64,000 nucleotides of DNA from Candidatus Eiseniibacteriota bacterium (GTDB lineage Bacteria; Eisenbacteria; RBG-16-71-46; CAVPCR01). Below the pieces are notes generated by a model. It saw only the letters and a program-made list of their open reading frames with translations, was not told where the DNA came from and made no database searches. Where the stretch lies: the NCBI GenBank assembly GCA_963823555.1, contig CAWGMA010000001.1, forward strand, positions 2,048,001 through 2,112,000, read 5' to 3'. Positions 51,940-60,377 of this stretch are shown piece after piece (the first letter of the stretch is position 1; every line of letters begins with the position of its first letter). The position numbers and the translations under genes were made by a program.

Positions 51940-54003
51940 TCAGGGCAACAAGATGACCTTGCGGCTGGCATGGAACGCTCCAGCCTGGGCACTCACCAAG
52001 TAGATCCCCGGGGCCACACGCTGGCCGCGGTCGTCCCGTCCATCCCAAGCCATCTCGGCAGCCCGGACGTCGCCCGGGAGCCCGGTAGCCAGGTGACGCA
52101 CCACACGCCCGTCCACGCTCACCACCATCAGGTCGGCAGCGATCCCCGCCGGGACCTCGACGGTGAACCGGACATCGGCCTGGGCCGGCTGCGGATGCGG
52201 AAGCGAGAGCCGAAGCCCCGGAGCGGCTGCAGCGCCGGAGCGCGTCGCCGCGACCGGCACGAGGAACCGCTCGACCGGAGCACCGGGGGCCGTCCAGCCC
52301 ACCCGGTACTCGTAACGCACTCCGCTGATTGCCGTTACGTCGACAAACCGAGCCCAGCTTCCGTCCGCCCGGATCGGGTCGGCGTTGACCTTGATGAAGG
52401 GATCGTCGCTCGAGAGCTCGACGGCCATTCGCTTGACCTCGGCTGCCCGGAGGTTGGCCTGAGCGAGGCTGGCCTTGAGCGCCAAGATCTCGGCTTCCCG
52501 TCCCGGACCGTCGGCGAGGGCCGGCTCGAGCTCGCGGCGATAGAGGTTGAAGAGGGTGCCGGGCACGAAGTGGTCCGCCTCCCAGGCGACCTCGATGCCC
52601 TCGGCGCGGGGAGCGGCGATTGGCTCGGGCATCGCCACGGCGGCCGCATCGTTGCCCTCGAGGCAGAAGAGCCGGCCGCCGACGCCGTTCAGCATCTGCG
52701 TCCCGACCAGCACGTCGGGGATGCCGTTCCCCGAGAGATCTCCTACCCCGCGAACGGAAAACACTCGCGCCCCGACATCCACCGACCAGATCTCGGCTCC
52801 CGTCACGCCATCGTAGAGGTAGGCCTTGCGATCGAACGATCCGGCGATGACGTCCGAGATGCCGTCGCCGGTCACGTCGTCGACCCGGTCGACGGCCCAC
52901 ACGTCGCCTCCGTTCAGGGTCCCCGCTTCCATCACCCAGATCTGGCTCCCGTCAGCCCCCGAGATGACGTGGGTCGCGTTGTCCCAGGAGGCGACGACAA
53001 CATCGGGCATCTGATCTCCGTTCACGTCGTCAAGGGGTACGATCCGCATTCCGTACTCGCTGGCCCCGACCGTGTACTGCCAGATGGGCGCTCCGTTGAC
53101 CCCCGACAGGCAGCGCGCCTGCTGGGCGCTGCCCCAGGCGGCGAACAAGACATCGTTCTGCTCGTCACCGTTGACATCGACGAATCCATGGGTGTGCCAG
53201 GCCGTGGCTCCGAGGTTGGCGATCCACAGCGTGCTCGCGGTTCCCACGCTGGCCCCGCTCACGCAATAGGCGCGGGTATCCCCGTCTCCACCACCGAAGA
53301 CCGCGTCCCACTTCCCGTCCGAGTTGACGTCCCCGAGCGCCGTCGAGGAGTAGATGACATCGAGCGCATAAAGACGGTAGATGACGCTCCCGGTCCGGCC
53401 GTTGACGCAATACGCGCCGTCATTGAAACTGCCGCAACCGAAGATGACGTCGGCCACGAGATCATTGTCGAGATCGGGAATGGGATGAATCGTGTAGACC
53501 CAGCCCGATGTCGCGGGCACGGGTGGCGTCTGGACGTAGGTGTCGAAGGTCCAGAGCGCATCCCCGGTACGGGCGTCGACACCATAGGCGCTGCGTCCGC
53601 CCCAGGCCGTGCCCAGGACGAGATCCGGGAATCCGTCGTTGTTCAAGTCCGGCGCGGCGTTCAGGCAATCATCGCCGTCGCCGCCCGAGTTGGAAGGCCC
53701 TCCGGGAGGGCGCGCTGACCAGATGACCGCCGGCGTCCCGGTCGAGCCACCGCTCAGGAGGTAGAGATGATCCGCAGTTCCGGCACCCGAATCGTAGGTC
53801 TCGGTAGCGATGTCGGGAACCCCGTCAAGGTCGAGGTCGGGCACCTGAACCGAGGCGTTGATGTCCTCGATGCCCTGGAAGACCCAGATCACATCGCCGG
53901 GAGCGGCCTGAGCGGGCGGGGAGGCCCCTACGACGGCGATCGCGCAGAGGAGGACGAGGGTGGAAGCGATGGCGGCCGGGTCGAGCGTGCGCCAGAGTTG
54001 CAT
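51940..54003 (-). CDS. Secreted FG-GAP/PQQ-like beta-propeller protein with FlgD-Ig/T9SS-type CTD
   Basis: About eight DxxxDxxxD calcium-binding repeats; C-terminus PHPQP...WDGRDDRGQRVAPGIY; GGAGG RBS. Confidence 0.82.
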   Translation of the reverse strand: MQLWRTLDPAAIASTLVLLCAIAVVGASPPAQAAPGDVIWVFQGIEDINASVQVPDLDLDGVPDIATETYDSGAGTADHLYLLSGGSTGTPAVIWSARPPGGPSNSGGDGDDCLNAAPDLNNDGFPDLVLGTAWGGRSAYGVDARTGDALWTFDTYVQTPPVPATSGWVYTIHPIPDLDNDLVADVIFGCGSFNDGAYCVNGRTGSVIYRLYALDVIYSSTALGDVNSDGKWDAVFGGGDGDTRAYCVSGASVGTASTLWIANLGATAWHTHGFVDVNGDEQNDVLFAAWGSAQQARCLSGVNGAPIWQYTVGASEYGMRIVPLDDVNGDQMPDVVVASWDNATHVISGADGSQIWVMEAGTLNGGDVWAVDRVDDVTGDGISDVIAGSFDRKAYLYDGVTGAEIWSVDVGARVFSVRGVGDLSGNGIPDVLVGTQMLNGVGGRLFCLEGNDAAAVAMPEPIAAPRAEGIEVAWEADHFVPGTLFNLYRRELEPALADGPGREAEILALKASLAQANLRAAEVKRMAVELSSDDPFIKVNADPIRADGSWARFVDVTAISGVRYEYRVGWTAPGAPVERFLVPVAATRSGAAAAPGLRLSLPHPQPAQADVRFTVEVPAGIAADLMVVSVDGRVVRHLATGLPGDVRAAEMAWDGRDDRGQRVAPGIYLVSAQAGAFHASRKVILLP

Positions 54004-54083
54004 GAGACCTCCACGGCTGGGGTGGTGCTTGCCCACGATTCTAGCACTCCTGTGTGGCGGCGACCAAGTCGGATACCAAAGCA

Positions 54084-54122
54084 ATCGGCGAGCGCTGAGC
54101 AGGGTACGCAGCGCTCGCCGAT
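54084..54122 (-). terminator. 14-bp perfect hairpin downstream of the histone gene
   Basis: ATCGGCGAGCGCTG...CAGCGCTCGCCGAT followed by TGCTTTG on minus. Confidence 0.5.
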
Positions 54123-54192
54123 CGACGGGAAAGAGGCCGGCCCTCTCGACACCGTGTGGAGCGAGGGCTCGACCGCTCGGCGAAAAGTCGAC

Positions 54193-54390
54193 CTAGAGGT
54201 CGGCCGGCTTCAGGGTCTTCCGGTTGTTGGCCAGAGCGCGTTCCTCGGCCTCGGCGATGAGCTGACGCACCTTCCGGTCGAGCGCATCGTAGAACTCGCT
54301 CGAGACATTGCACCTCGTCGCCGCCGCCTTGGTGCGGGACTTCGAGATGATGAGCTCGCCCGCTGCGATCTTGTCAGTGATCTCGGTCAT
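54193..54390 (-). CDS. Bacterial histone-fold protein (singlet, DUF1931/Bd0055-like short-alpha2 type)
   Basis: AAGGAGG RBS; LIISKSRTKAA (alpha1), NVS (L1), amphipathic alpha2, RKTLKPADL (L2/alpha3 RxTxxxxD signature). Confidence 0.85.
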   Translation of the reverse strand: MTEITDKIAAGELIISKSRTKAAATRCNVSSEFYDALDRKVRQLIAEAEERALANNRKTLKPADL

Positions 54391-54467
54391 TCCAGCCTCC
54401 TTGGGGAAAGGAACGGAGTTCCTGGGACTTGATGAGGTCGCCCCTTATCCGGCGCGCATTCGCCACC

Positions 54468-55670
54468 TCAAGCGTACTCGGGACTGGCGGCCGGCGGACG
54501 CGAGGCTTCCCTGCGGTAAAGGGCGCACTCCTCGACCAGCGTTCCCGGCCCCTCCAGATAGGACTCGATCTCGGCCGGCCCAGCCGAGAGCGGAAGGCCG
54601 TGGTCCGGGTTCGCCTGGGCGGCTCGCACGCGCTCGATCAACTTGAGGGTGATCGGACCCGGCCGCCCGCCACCCACGGCCTGGCCCGCGATCTTGATGA
54701 TGGGCATCACACCGGCGCCCGTGCCGGTCATGAAGCACTCGCGATCGGGACCGATGACATCGATGGGCAGAATATCGGCCTCCTCATCCACGTGATAGCC
54801 AGCCTCTCGGGCAAAGCCCAGGATCAGAGCCCGCGTCACACCGTTCAAGCAGTAGGCGCGGCGCGGTGTGGCCACCACGACCCGGCCCGGGTCGCTCTCC
54901 CAGCCGGAGCGCCGCTCGATCAGGAAGAAGTTGTCGACGGTCGCCTCGGCCACGAAGCCCTCCTTGGTCAGCATCAGAGCCTCGAGCGTCGTGGAATTGC
55001 GCGTGCCTTCGATCAGGGCCAGCACATTGTTGAGGTAGTTGTTGCTCTTGATGCGGGGATCGAGGACGGTGGCATCCGGGCGGCGTATGGTCCGGGCCAG
55101 ACCGATCTCGATGCCGGTCTCGTACATCTCACGCGGATAGAGCCGGATCGTCGAGGTCAGCGAGAACAGGGTCGGCGCCACGCACTTGCGCGGGTTGATA
55201 CCGAGATCACCCATCCCCCGGCTCAGCACGAGCCGGATGTAACCCGCGCCGCCAACTGCGCTGAGATCCACCTCGCGCGACACGGCGAGGATGAGCGATG
55301 TAAGCTCGATTTGTGTGTAGGGAATCTCGACGCCGATCCGGCGTGCCGAAGCCCAGAAGCGATCGATGTGTTCCTTGAAGAGGAAGATGCGATTCCCGGT
55401 AATGAGGATGCCCTCGAAACAACCGTCGCCATAGAGCACGAGGTGGTCGAAGCACGGCAGCCCGATCTCATCGACGGCGAAATGGCCGTGCCGCCGTTCG
55501 TACGCGGAGCCTGCATGGCGCTCGGATCGCGCTGGATCGAGCAGGACTCGCGGGGTGACTCCCGGCACAACCGGCATGCTGACGAAGATTCGCGCGCGCC
55601 GCGCCGCTTCGGCCAGGGCTTCTGCCCTGCTCGTAACGTCGGCCTGATGGGACGTATCACCGGTACGCAT
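54468..55670 (-). CDS. ilvE: PLP-dependent aminotransferase class IV (branched-chain amino acid aminotransferase-like)
   Basis: LYGDGCFEG, HIDRFWASA, YIRLVLSRG, IKSNNYLNN, EATVDNFF, LNGVTR, ECFMTGTGA; GGAGG RBS. Confidence 0.85.
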   Translation of the reverse strand: MRTGDTSHQADVTSRAEALAEAARRARIFVSMPVVPGVTPRVLLDPARSERHAGSAYERRHGHFAVDEIGLPCFDHLVLYGDGCFEGILITGNRIFLFKEHIDRFWASARRIGVEIPYTQIELTSLILAVSREVDLSAVGGAGYIRLVLSRGMGDLGINPRKCVAPTLFSLTSTIRLYPREMYETGIEIGLARTIRRPDATVLDPRIKSNNYLNNVLALIEGTRNSTTLEALMLTKEGFVAEATVDNFFLIERRSGWESDPGRVVVATPRRAYCLNGVTRALILGFAREAGYHVDEEADILPIDVIGPDRECFMTGTGAGVMPIIKIAGQAVGGGRPGPITLKLIERVRAAQANPDHGLPLSAGPAEIESYLEGPGTLVEECALYRREASRPPAASPEYA

Positions 55671-55916
55671 CAGCTTCCTCCATCGACTCCACAACTGAAG
55701 ACCCTGAAGACCTGGGTGCCGGGCATGGGCACCGGGCGCCGACGCGGATGGGGATGGAAAGGACCGACCGGCGCGCGGCCGGGTGGGCGAACTCGTCGCA
55801 CCCGGCGCTGAGCATAGCCGCGGTCAGGCGCCAGCCTCAAGCGAAAAGCCGGCGCCAGGCCTGGGCGGGACCGAAGCACCCACCAGAGAGACGGCGGATC
55901 CGGCAAACTCCGTGGA

Positions 55917-56516
55917 TCACTGTTGATGGGGATTCCCTGCCCCCTCGCCGAACACTTGCGCGGTGAACGCAAAGAGCTTGGCATCCGTGTTTCGCCACGC
56001 ATCCTCGCGCAACCCGGCCTTCAGACAAACCTGACGGAGGAACATGTCGCGGCCCCACTGCTGCTCCGTGGCCACCTGCGGCAACAGGAGCCCGCGCCGT
56101 CCACCACTCTCGATGACCAGGCCGTGCCGTCCGGGCTCGACCTCTTCAGGGGCAACGGGTACCAACAACCCCATGACTGAAACCTCGACGTCAACGGCGG
56201 GCAACTCCTCAGGCTCGATAGGCGGAAAGCGGAAGTCCTTGCAGGCTGCGCTCACCGCGTTTTCCATCACCGCCGCGACCAGCGGACGCATCGGCTCGAT
56301 GAACCCCACGCAACCGCGGAGTGCGGAGCCGCGGTGGAGCGACACGAACGCACCTTGGGGCTGGAGCAGGCGAGGGGAAACAGGCATCCCGTGCGGTGGC
56401 CACGTGACGACCTTGCCTTCGCGGACCACATGTTCGAGCGCCAGCCGGGCGAAGGACAGGATTTCGCGCTGCTCATCAGGAGAGAGCGCGGGTAGCGAAT
56501 GGGGATGGGTTGTCAT
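55917..56516 (-). CDS. amrA: AmmeMemoRadiSam system protein A (AMMECR1 family)
   Basis: GAFVSL, LRGCVG, DFRFPP, EVSVM, GRHGL, GLLLPQVA, CLKAGL. Confidence 0.92.
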   Translation of the reverse strand: MTTHPHSLPALSPDEQREILSFARLALEHVVREGKVVTWPPHGMPVSPRLLQPQGAFVSLHRGSALRGCVGFIEPMRPLVAAVMENAVSAACKDFRFPPIEPEELPAVDVEVSVMGLLVPVAPEEVEPGRHGLVIESGGRRGLLLPQVATEQQWGRDMFLRQVCLKAGLREDAWRNTDAKLFAFTAQVFGEGAGNPHQQ

Positions 56517-56636
56517 GACCGTACCGCTGAGCCGAAGCCGCGCCAAAGAGAAGATCGCTCAGTGCGCGTTGATCACGCTATCACGCGCAACGAGAACGGT
56601 CAACGGCACCGGCCCGCGTCGGCCCTGGCAGCCGGG

Positions 56637-56768
56637 CTAGCTACCGGATTCGGCTGGCGGCGACTGCCGCGGCTTGCGAGCCGAGCGCTGATTCTTGCGG
56701 CGCACCTTCAGTCGCTTCTGGCGGCGCTGGCGCTGCCGCCTGAGTTCTTTCTTGCGTTCGCTACCCAA
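56637..56768 (-). CDS. 43-aa highly basic protein (DUF6800-like), not in the ORF track
   Basis: GGAGG RBS then TTG: MGSERKKELRRQRQRRQKRLKVRRKNQRSARKPRQSPPAESGS*. Confidence 0.65.
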   Translation of the reverse strand: MGSERKKELRRQRQRRQKRLKVRRKNQRSARKPRQSPPAESGS

Positions 56769-56921
56769 GGGATTCCTCCACGATTCATAGGGAACATGGC
56801 GAGAACAGCGGCAGGGAGCCTAGCATTCTCCCCTGCCTGCTGTAAAGCAGGCCGAGGAACCGCTCGATCCGATCAGGCTCGTTGGCGGACGAACTCGACC
56901 GCCCTGCAACGTGGTCTCCTG

Positions 56922-58049
56922 CTATCGGCGCACGGCGACAGCGATGGGTCCATCACCGGTCGCGAACGACGCGACCAGCGTATCGGATGCAGCATCGACA
57001 ACGTAGACTCGATCATCGTCGAAATCGCTCACATAGAGCAGACCGGAGATCGGATCGAAGGCCATGGCGGTGAGGAACTCGGCCCCGCGGATGGCGTTGG
57101 CCTCGCCGGCCATCCGGCTGGCGAGATCGTAGATGCGCAGGCCCCCGGTGAATCCCGCGGTAAAGCCTCGGTCCCGAGAAAGGGGGATGGCGGCTACCGG
57201 CGACCCACCGAGCGCAACGGAGTCGACCACGGCCGGGACTTCCGGATCGATGACAAAGAGCTCTCCCTCCACGCCTCCGTTGGGTCCATAGTCACCGGTG
57301 CAGACGACGTGAATCCTGCCGTCTGGGGCCAGCGCCAGGGACTGCGGGTTGATCCCGACAAGAAGCCGCGCCCGCACCGTATCCACCGGCACGCTCATCA
57401 CGACGACCTCACCGGGATCATAGACATACGGCGCCACGTAATTGGTGACCGTCACATAGAGATCACCCGCTGGCGGCACGCCGGCCGGCGCGCCTCGCTC
57501 ACCGCCGGCAGCGACGAAGAGCACCCCCTCGGGACCACGCCCAACCGGAGTGCGATGGACGACCTGGCCCGCCGTCAGATCCACGTGGGACACGTCGTTC
57601 GTCATCCAGTTGGAGACGTAGGCATCGCCTGCCCCGGCGAGTGCCAGCGAGTACGGGCTCGTCCCTGATCCGAGATCGATCACGCTCCGGCCGATGACGC
57701 GATCCAGATCGATGACATCGATCCGATTGCTGCCCGAGCTCACGACATAGCCTGTGGTCCCATCGGGGGCGACAACGAGATCATTGGGAAAGGCGCCCAC
57801 CGCCATGGCGTTGGCAGCGGACTCTCCGGTCGATATGAGATAGCGCGACAGCGTCTCGCCAAGCGAATTGACGGTGAACACAGCGGGCTCGAGTGTCGGT
57901 GGCACGACATCGGTCACGTCGTCACCACAACTCATGCCGAGGAAGACCATCGGCAAGAGCATCACCGTGATCCGCAGCGGCGGCACCTGCCGGTGCGGGG
58001 CGCAAGCAGTCCATGTCCGGAGTGGCGAGCGAACTCTCGACTCTCTCAT
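56922..58049 (-). CDS. YncE/BtuG-like beta-propeller lipoprotein
   Basis: Lipobox-like GMSC; YVTN-type repeats; ATGA-coupled to the TonB-dependent receptor. Confidence 0.78.
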   Translation of the reverse strand: MRESRVRSPLRTWTACAPHRQVPPLRITVMLLPMVFLGMSCGDDVTDVVPPTLEPAVFTVNSLGETLSRYLISTGESAANAMAVGAFPNDLVVAPDGTTGYVVSSGSNRIDVIDLDRVIGRSVIDLGSGTSPYSLALAGAGDAYVSNWMTNDVSHVDLTAGQVVHRTPVGRGPEGVLFVAAGGERGAPAGVPPAGDLYVTVTNYVAPYVYDPGEVVVMSVPVDTVRARLLVGINPQSLALAPDGRIHVVCTGDYGPNGGVEGELFVIDPEVPAVVDSVALGGSPVAAIPLSRDRGFTAGFTGGLRIYDLASRMAGEANAIRGAEFLTAMAFDPISGLLYVSDFDDDRVYVVDAASDTLVASFATGDGPIAVAVRR

Positions 58050-59974
58050 CGTGTCTCCAAGGTGGCCAGACGCAGGGCCAGACGCCACTCGCGTCCGGGA
58101 AGTGGATAGTCGCGCACATCAACAGCGGCAACGCCGCCGACGTTGCGGACGGCTAGAGATGCCTTGAGGCGCGGGCCAAGTTGTTGCTCGGCGCTCAAGT
58201 CGACCAGCCCGTATCCGGGCAGCGATTTCGTGTTGGCCGCGGTGACGTAGCTCTTTCCCACGCCATGCCAGGCGGCGCGCAGATCGAGCCCGCTCGAAAC
58301 CGGCACCGCGATCTCGACGTGACCTTCGACCAGAGCCCGGTACGGGAGACGCCTGCCCCCCACCTGCGCATCGCCGGTGCGATTGCGGGCATCCAGGAAG
58401 GTCACAGCGGCTTCGAGCTCGCCTGGACGCGGCAGGCCGGCGAACGAAACTGCGGTCGAGCCCTCGATCTCCAGCCCCTGGACCACGGCCAGGCCGATGT
58501 TGTGTGGCCGGTAGCGCCCATCCGGTCCCGCGGTCCACTGGATCAGCTGGGCAATCTCACGATGAAACGCGCTCACCGCCAGCCGCGCCCCACCACCGCG
58601 CGGACCGGCGAACCCGCGCTCGAGACCCACCTCGAGCTCGGTCGCGAGCTCTGGATCCAGATCCGGATTGATGAGCGAGGCGCCACGATCAGCGGCAAAG
58701 AGGTCATCGAAGCTCGGTGGACGATAGGCGCGTCCGGCGGCCGCGCGCAGCTCGAGCGCTCGCGGCAAATGCACCGCAACGGCCAGGCGTGGGCTCACCA
58801 CTGCTTCGAGCCCGCTCTCCACGTCGAGCCGCACCGCGGGAGCGACCTCGAACCGGCCCCTCCCCCATCGCCAGCGCACGTACCCGGCGGCGGTCCGGCG
58901 TTCGCGAGCGCCATCCACCGTGGACTCGAGGGTGGCGCGCCGCCATTCCATCCCGGCGGAAAGCAATGAAGCCGCGGCCACTCGATCGAGGCGGAGGTCG
59001 AGACCAAGAGCACGGTTCACGTGGCGATCCGCGATGGCCAGGCCGGGATCGGAATACGACCGGCGTTCCCGATGTCCGTTGACAGCCAGGGTGAACCGCG
59101 AACCGGGCTCGCCGGCGGTCCCACCGAACGCCAGTTCGGTGGCCACTCGCATCCGGCGATCGCCGCGCTGGGCAGCGGGAGTGGGAAACTCGACCGTTCC
59201 TGGCACCCCCTGCTCGCCGCTATCCAGCGCCCCATCGAGCGTGATCCCGAGACCGGAGTCCGAGCGCATCTTGAACCCGAGCGCTGCGCCCAGCGCCTCG
59301 ACCTCGGCATTCTGACGCGAGACCTCCTGGCCGCGCGTTGTGAGGCGGTAGTCCCCGGCGGTCGTCAACCCGGACGCTGAGAGCCAGAACCGGCCGCCTG
59401 GCCCGGCTCTCTGCTCGTGCGCCACCGTGGCGGCGCGGGTCCCGAAGCTTCCGGCCTCGAGACGGAACGTGGTCGCGTTCCGCGCGGCTCCCGTCGGGCG
59501 CGTCACCAGATTGACGACCCCGCCGAGAGCATCCGAACCGTAGAGCGCCGAGGCGCCCCCCCGCACCACTTCGACTCGATCGAGAGCGGCCACGTCGATG
59601 GCACCAAGATCGACGCCGCCGCCCTGAGCCGGGGTCAAGCGCCGGCCGTCCACCAGAACGAGCACCTGCTCGTTCGATACCCCGCGGATCGAGAGCGAGG
59701 CAAAGCTGCCCGGCGCGCCGAAACGAGCCACGCGGAGACCGGGCACCCACGCCAGCGCATCGGCGACGCGCAGGACACCGCAACGATTCAGGTCCGTGCC
59801 GCGGAGGGTGGATGAAGCGACGGGGAGGTCGGCGTTGAGGCTGCGCCAGGCTTCGGCCTCGACCGGGATGGGTTCGAGGACGTAGCGGACGAGAGAATCG
59901 GGAGGGGCTGGCTCCGCCGCTGCATGCGCAGCGAGGAACACGCTCCAGGCGGCAAGCACGAGTCGCGCGAGCAT
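58046..59974 (-). CDS. btuB: TonB-dependent receptor, probable cobalamin transporter
   Basis: Plug motifs SIRG, VLVLVDGR, RVEVVRGGASALYGSDALGGVVNLVT; terminal YPLPGREW; lies downstream of a B12 riboswitch. Confidence 0.85.
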   Translation of the reverse strand: MLARLVLAAWSVFLAAHAAAEPAPPDSLVRYVLEPIPVEAEAWRSLNADLPVASSTLRGTDLNRCGVLRVADALAWVPGLRVARFGAPGSFASLSIRGVSNEQVLVLVDGRRLTPAQGGGVDLGAIDVAALDRVEVVRGGASALYGSDALGGVVNLVTRPTGAARNATTFRLEAGSFGTRAATVAHEQRAGPGGRFWLSASGLTTAGDYRLTTRGQEVSRQNAEVEALGAALGFKMRSDSGLGITLDGALDSGEQGVPGTVEFPTPAAQRGDRRMRVATELAFGGTAGEPGSRFTLAVNGHRERRSYSDPGLAIADRHVNRALGLDLRLDRVAAASLLSAGMEWRRATLESTVDGARERRTAAGYVRWRWGRGRFEVAPAVRLDVESGLEAVVSPRLAVAVHLPRALELRAAAGRAYRPPSFDDLFAADRGASLINPDLDPELATELEVGLERGFAGPRGGGARLAVSAFHREIAQLIQWTAGPDGRYRPHNIGLAVVQGLEIEGSTAVSFAGLPRPGELEAAVTFLDARNRTGDAQVGGRRLPYRALVEGHVEIAVPVSSGLDLRAAWHGVGKSYVTAANTKSLPGYGLVDLSAEQQLGPRLKASLAVRNVGGVAAVDVRDYPLPGREWRLALRLATLETR

Positions 59975-60096
59975 CGCACCCTCCGACGAGGCACGAACGT
60001 CGCAGCCGGGGCCCCTTGCCCCGGTGCGGCGGCCGAAGACTCGCGAGAAGGTGCCGGCGGCTGCATCACCGGCTCAAACGATCCACGCACCTCGAC

Positions 60097-60123
60097 AAAA
60101 AACCCCGCCTCGAAGAGGCGGGG
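60097..60123 (-). terminator. Riboswitch expression-platform terminator
   Basis: Minus strand CCCCGCCTC-TTC-GAGGCGGGG followed by a T-run, between the aptamer and btuB. Confidence 0.75.
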
Positions 60124-60169
60124 CGCGCCAAGTGCCCTTCCCTCGAAGGCCTCCGACCTAGAAGCTTGG

Positions 60170-60320
60170 GAGCAGGTCTCCTGACTTGCGGGTCGCTCTA
60201 CTTGCTGCCACTTCCCAGGGATCGTTCCCCAGTGTGCTCACGCAGCTTTCGTCGCCGCTCACAGTGGCGGGACCGTGCCGGATTTGCACCGGCTTCCCTA
60301 ACGCATCCCAAGCGGTATTC
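60170..60320 (-). ncRNA. Cobalamin riboswitch
   Basis: Minus strand AGGGAAGCCGGTGCAAATCCGGCACGGTCCCGCCACTGTGA...CACTGGG...CTGGGAAG...AAGTCAGGAGACCTGC (B12 box); promoter TTGACG-17 nt-CATGAT at 60381-60353. Confidence 0.95.
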
Positions 60321-60377
60321 GATTGGTGGCCGGGTCAACCCCGGCTTGAAGCATCATGCGCCGCCCCGTACGGTCCG

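Noticed and set aside
55690..55870. GC-rich leader of ilvE with tandem CTGAAGACC repeat, as a possible T-box, riboswitch or SRP RNA
   Set aside because: I found no T-box, SRP or other recognisable consensus, and the repeat has only two copies.
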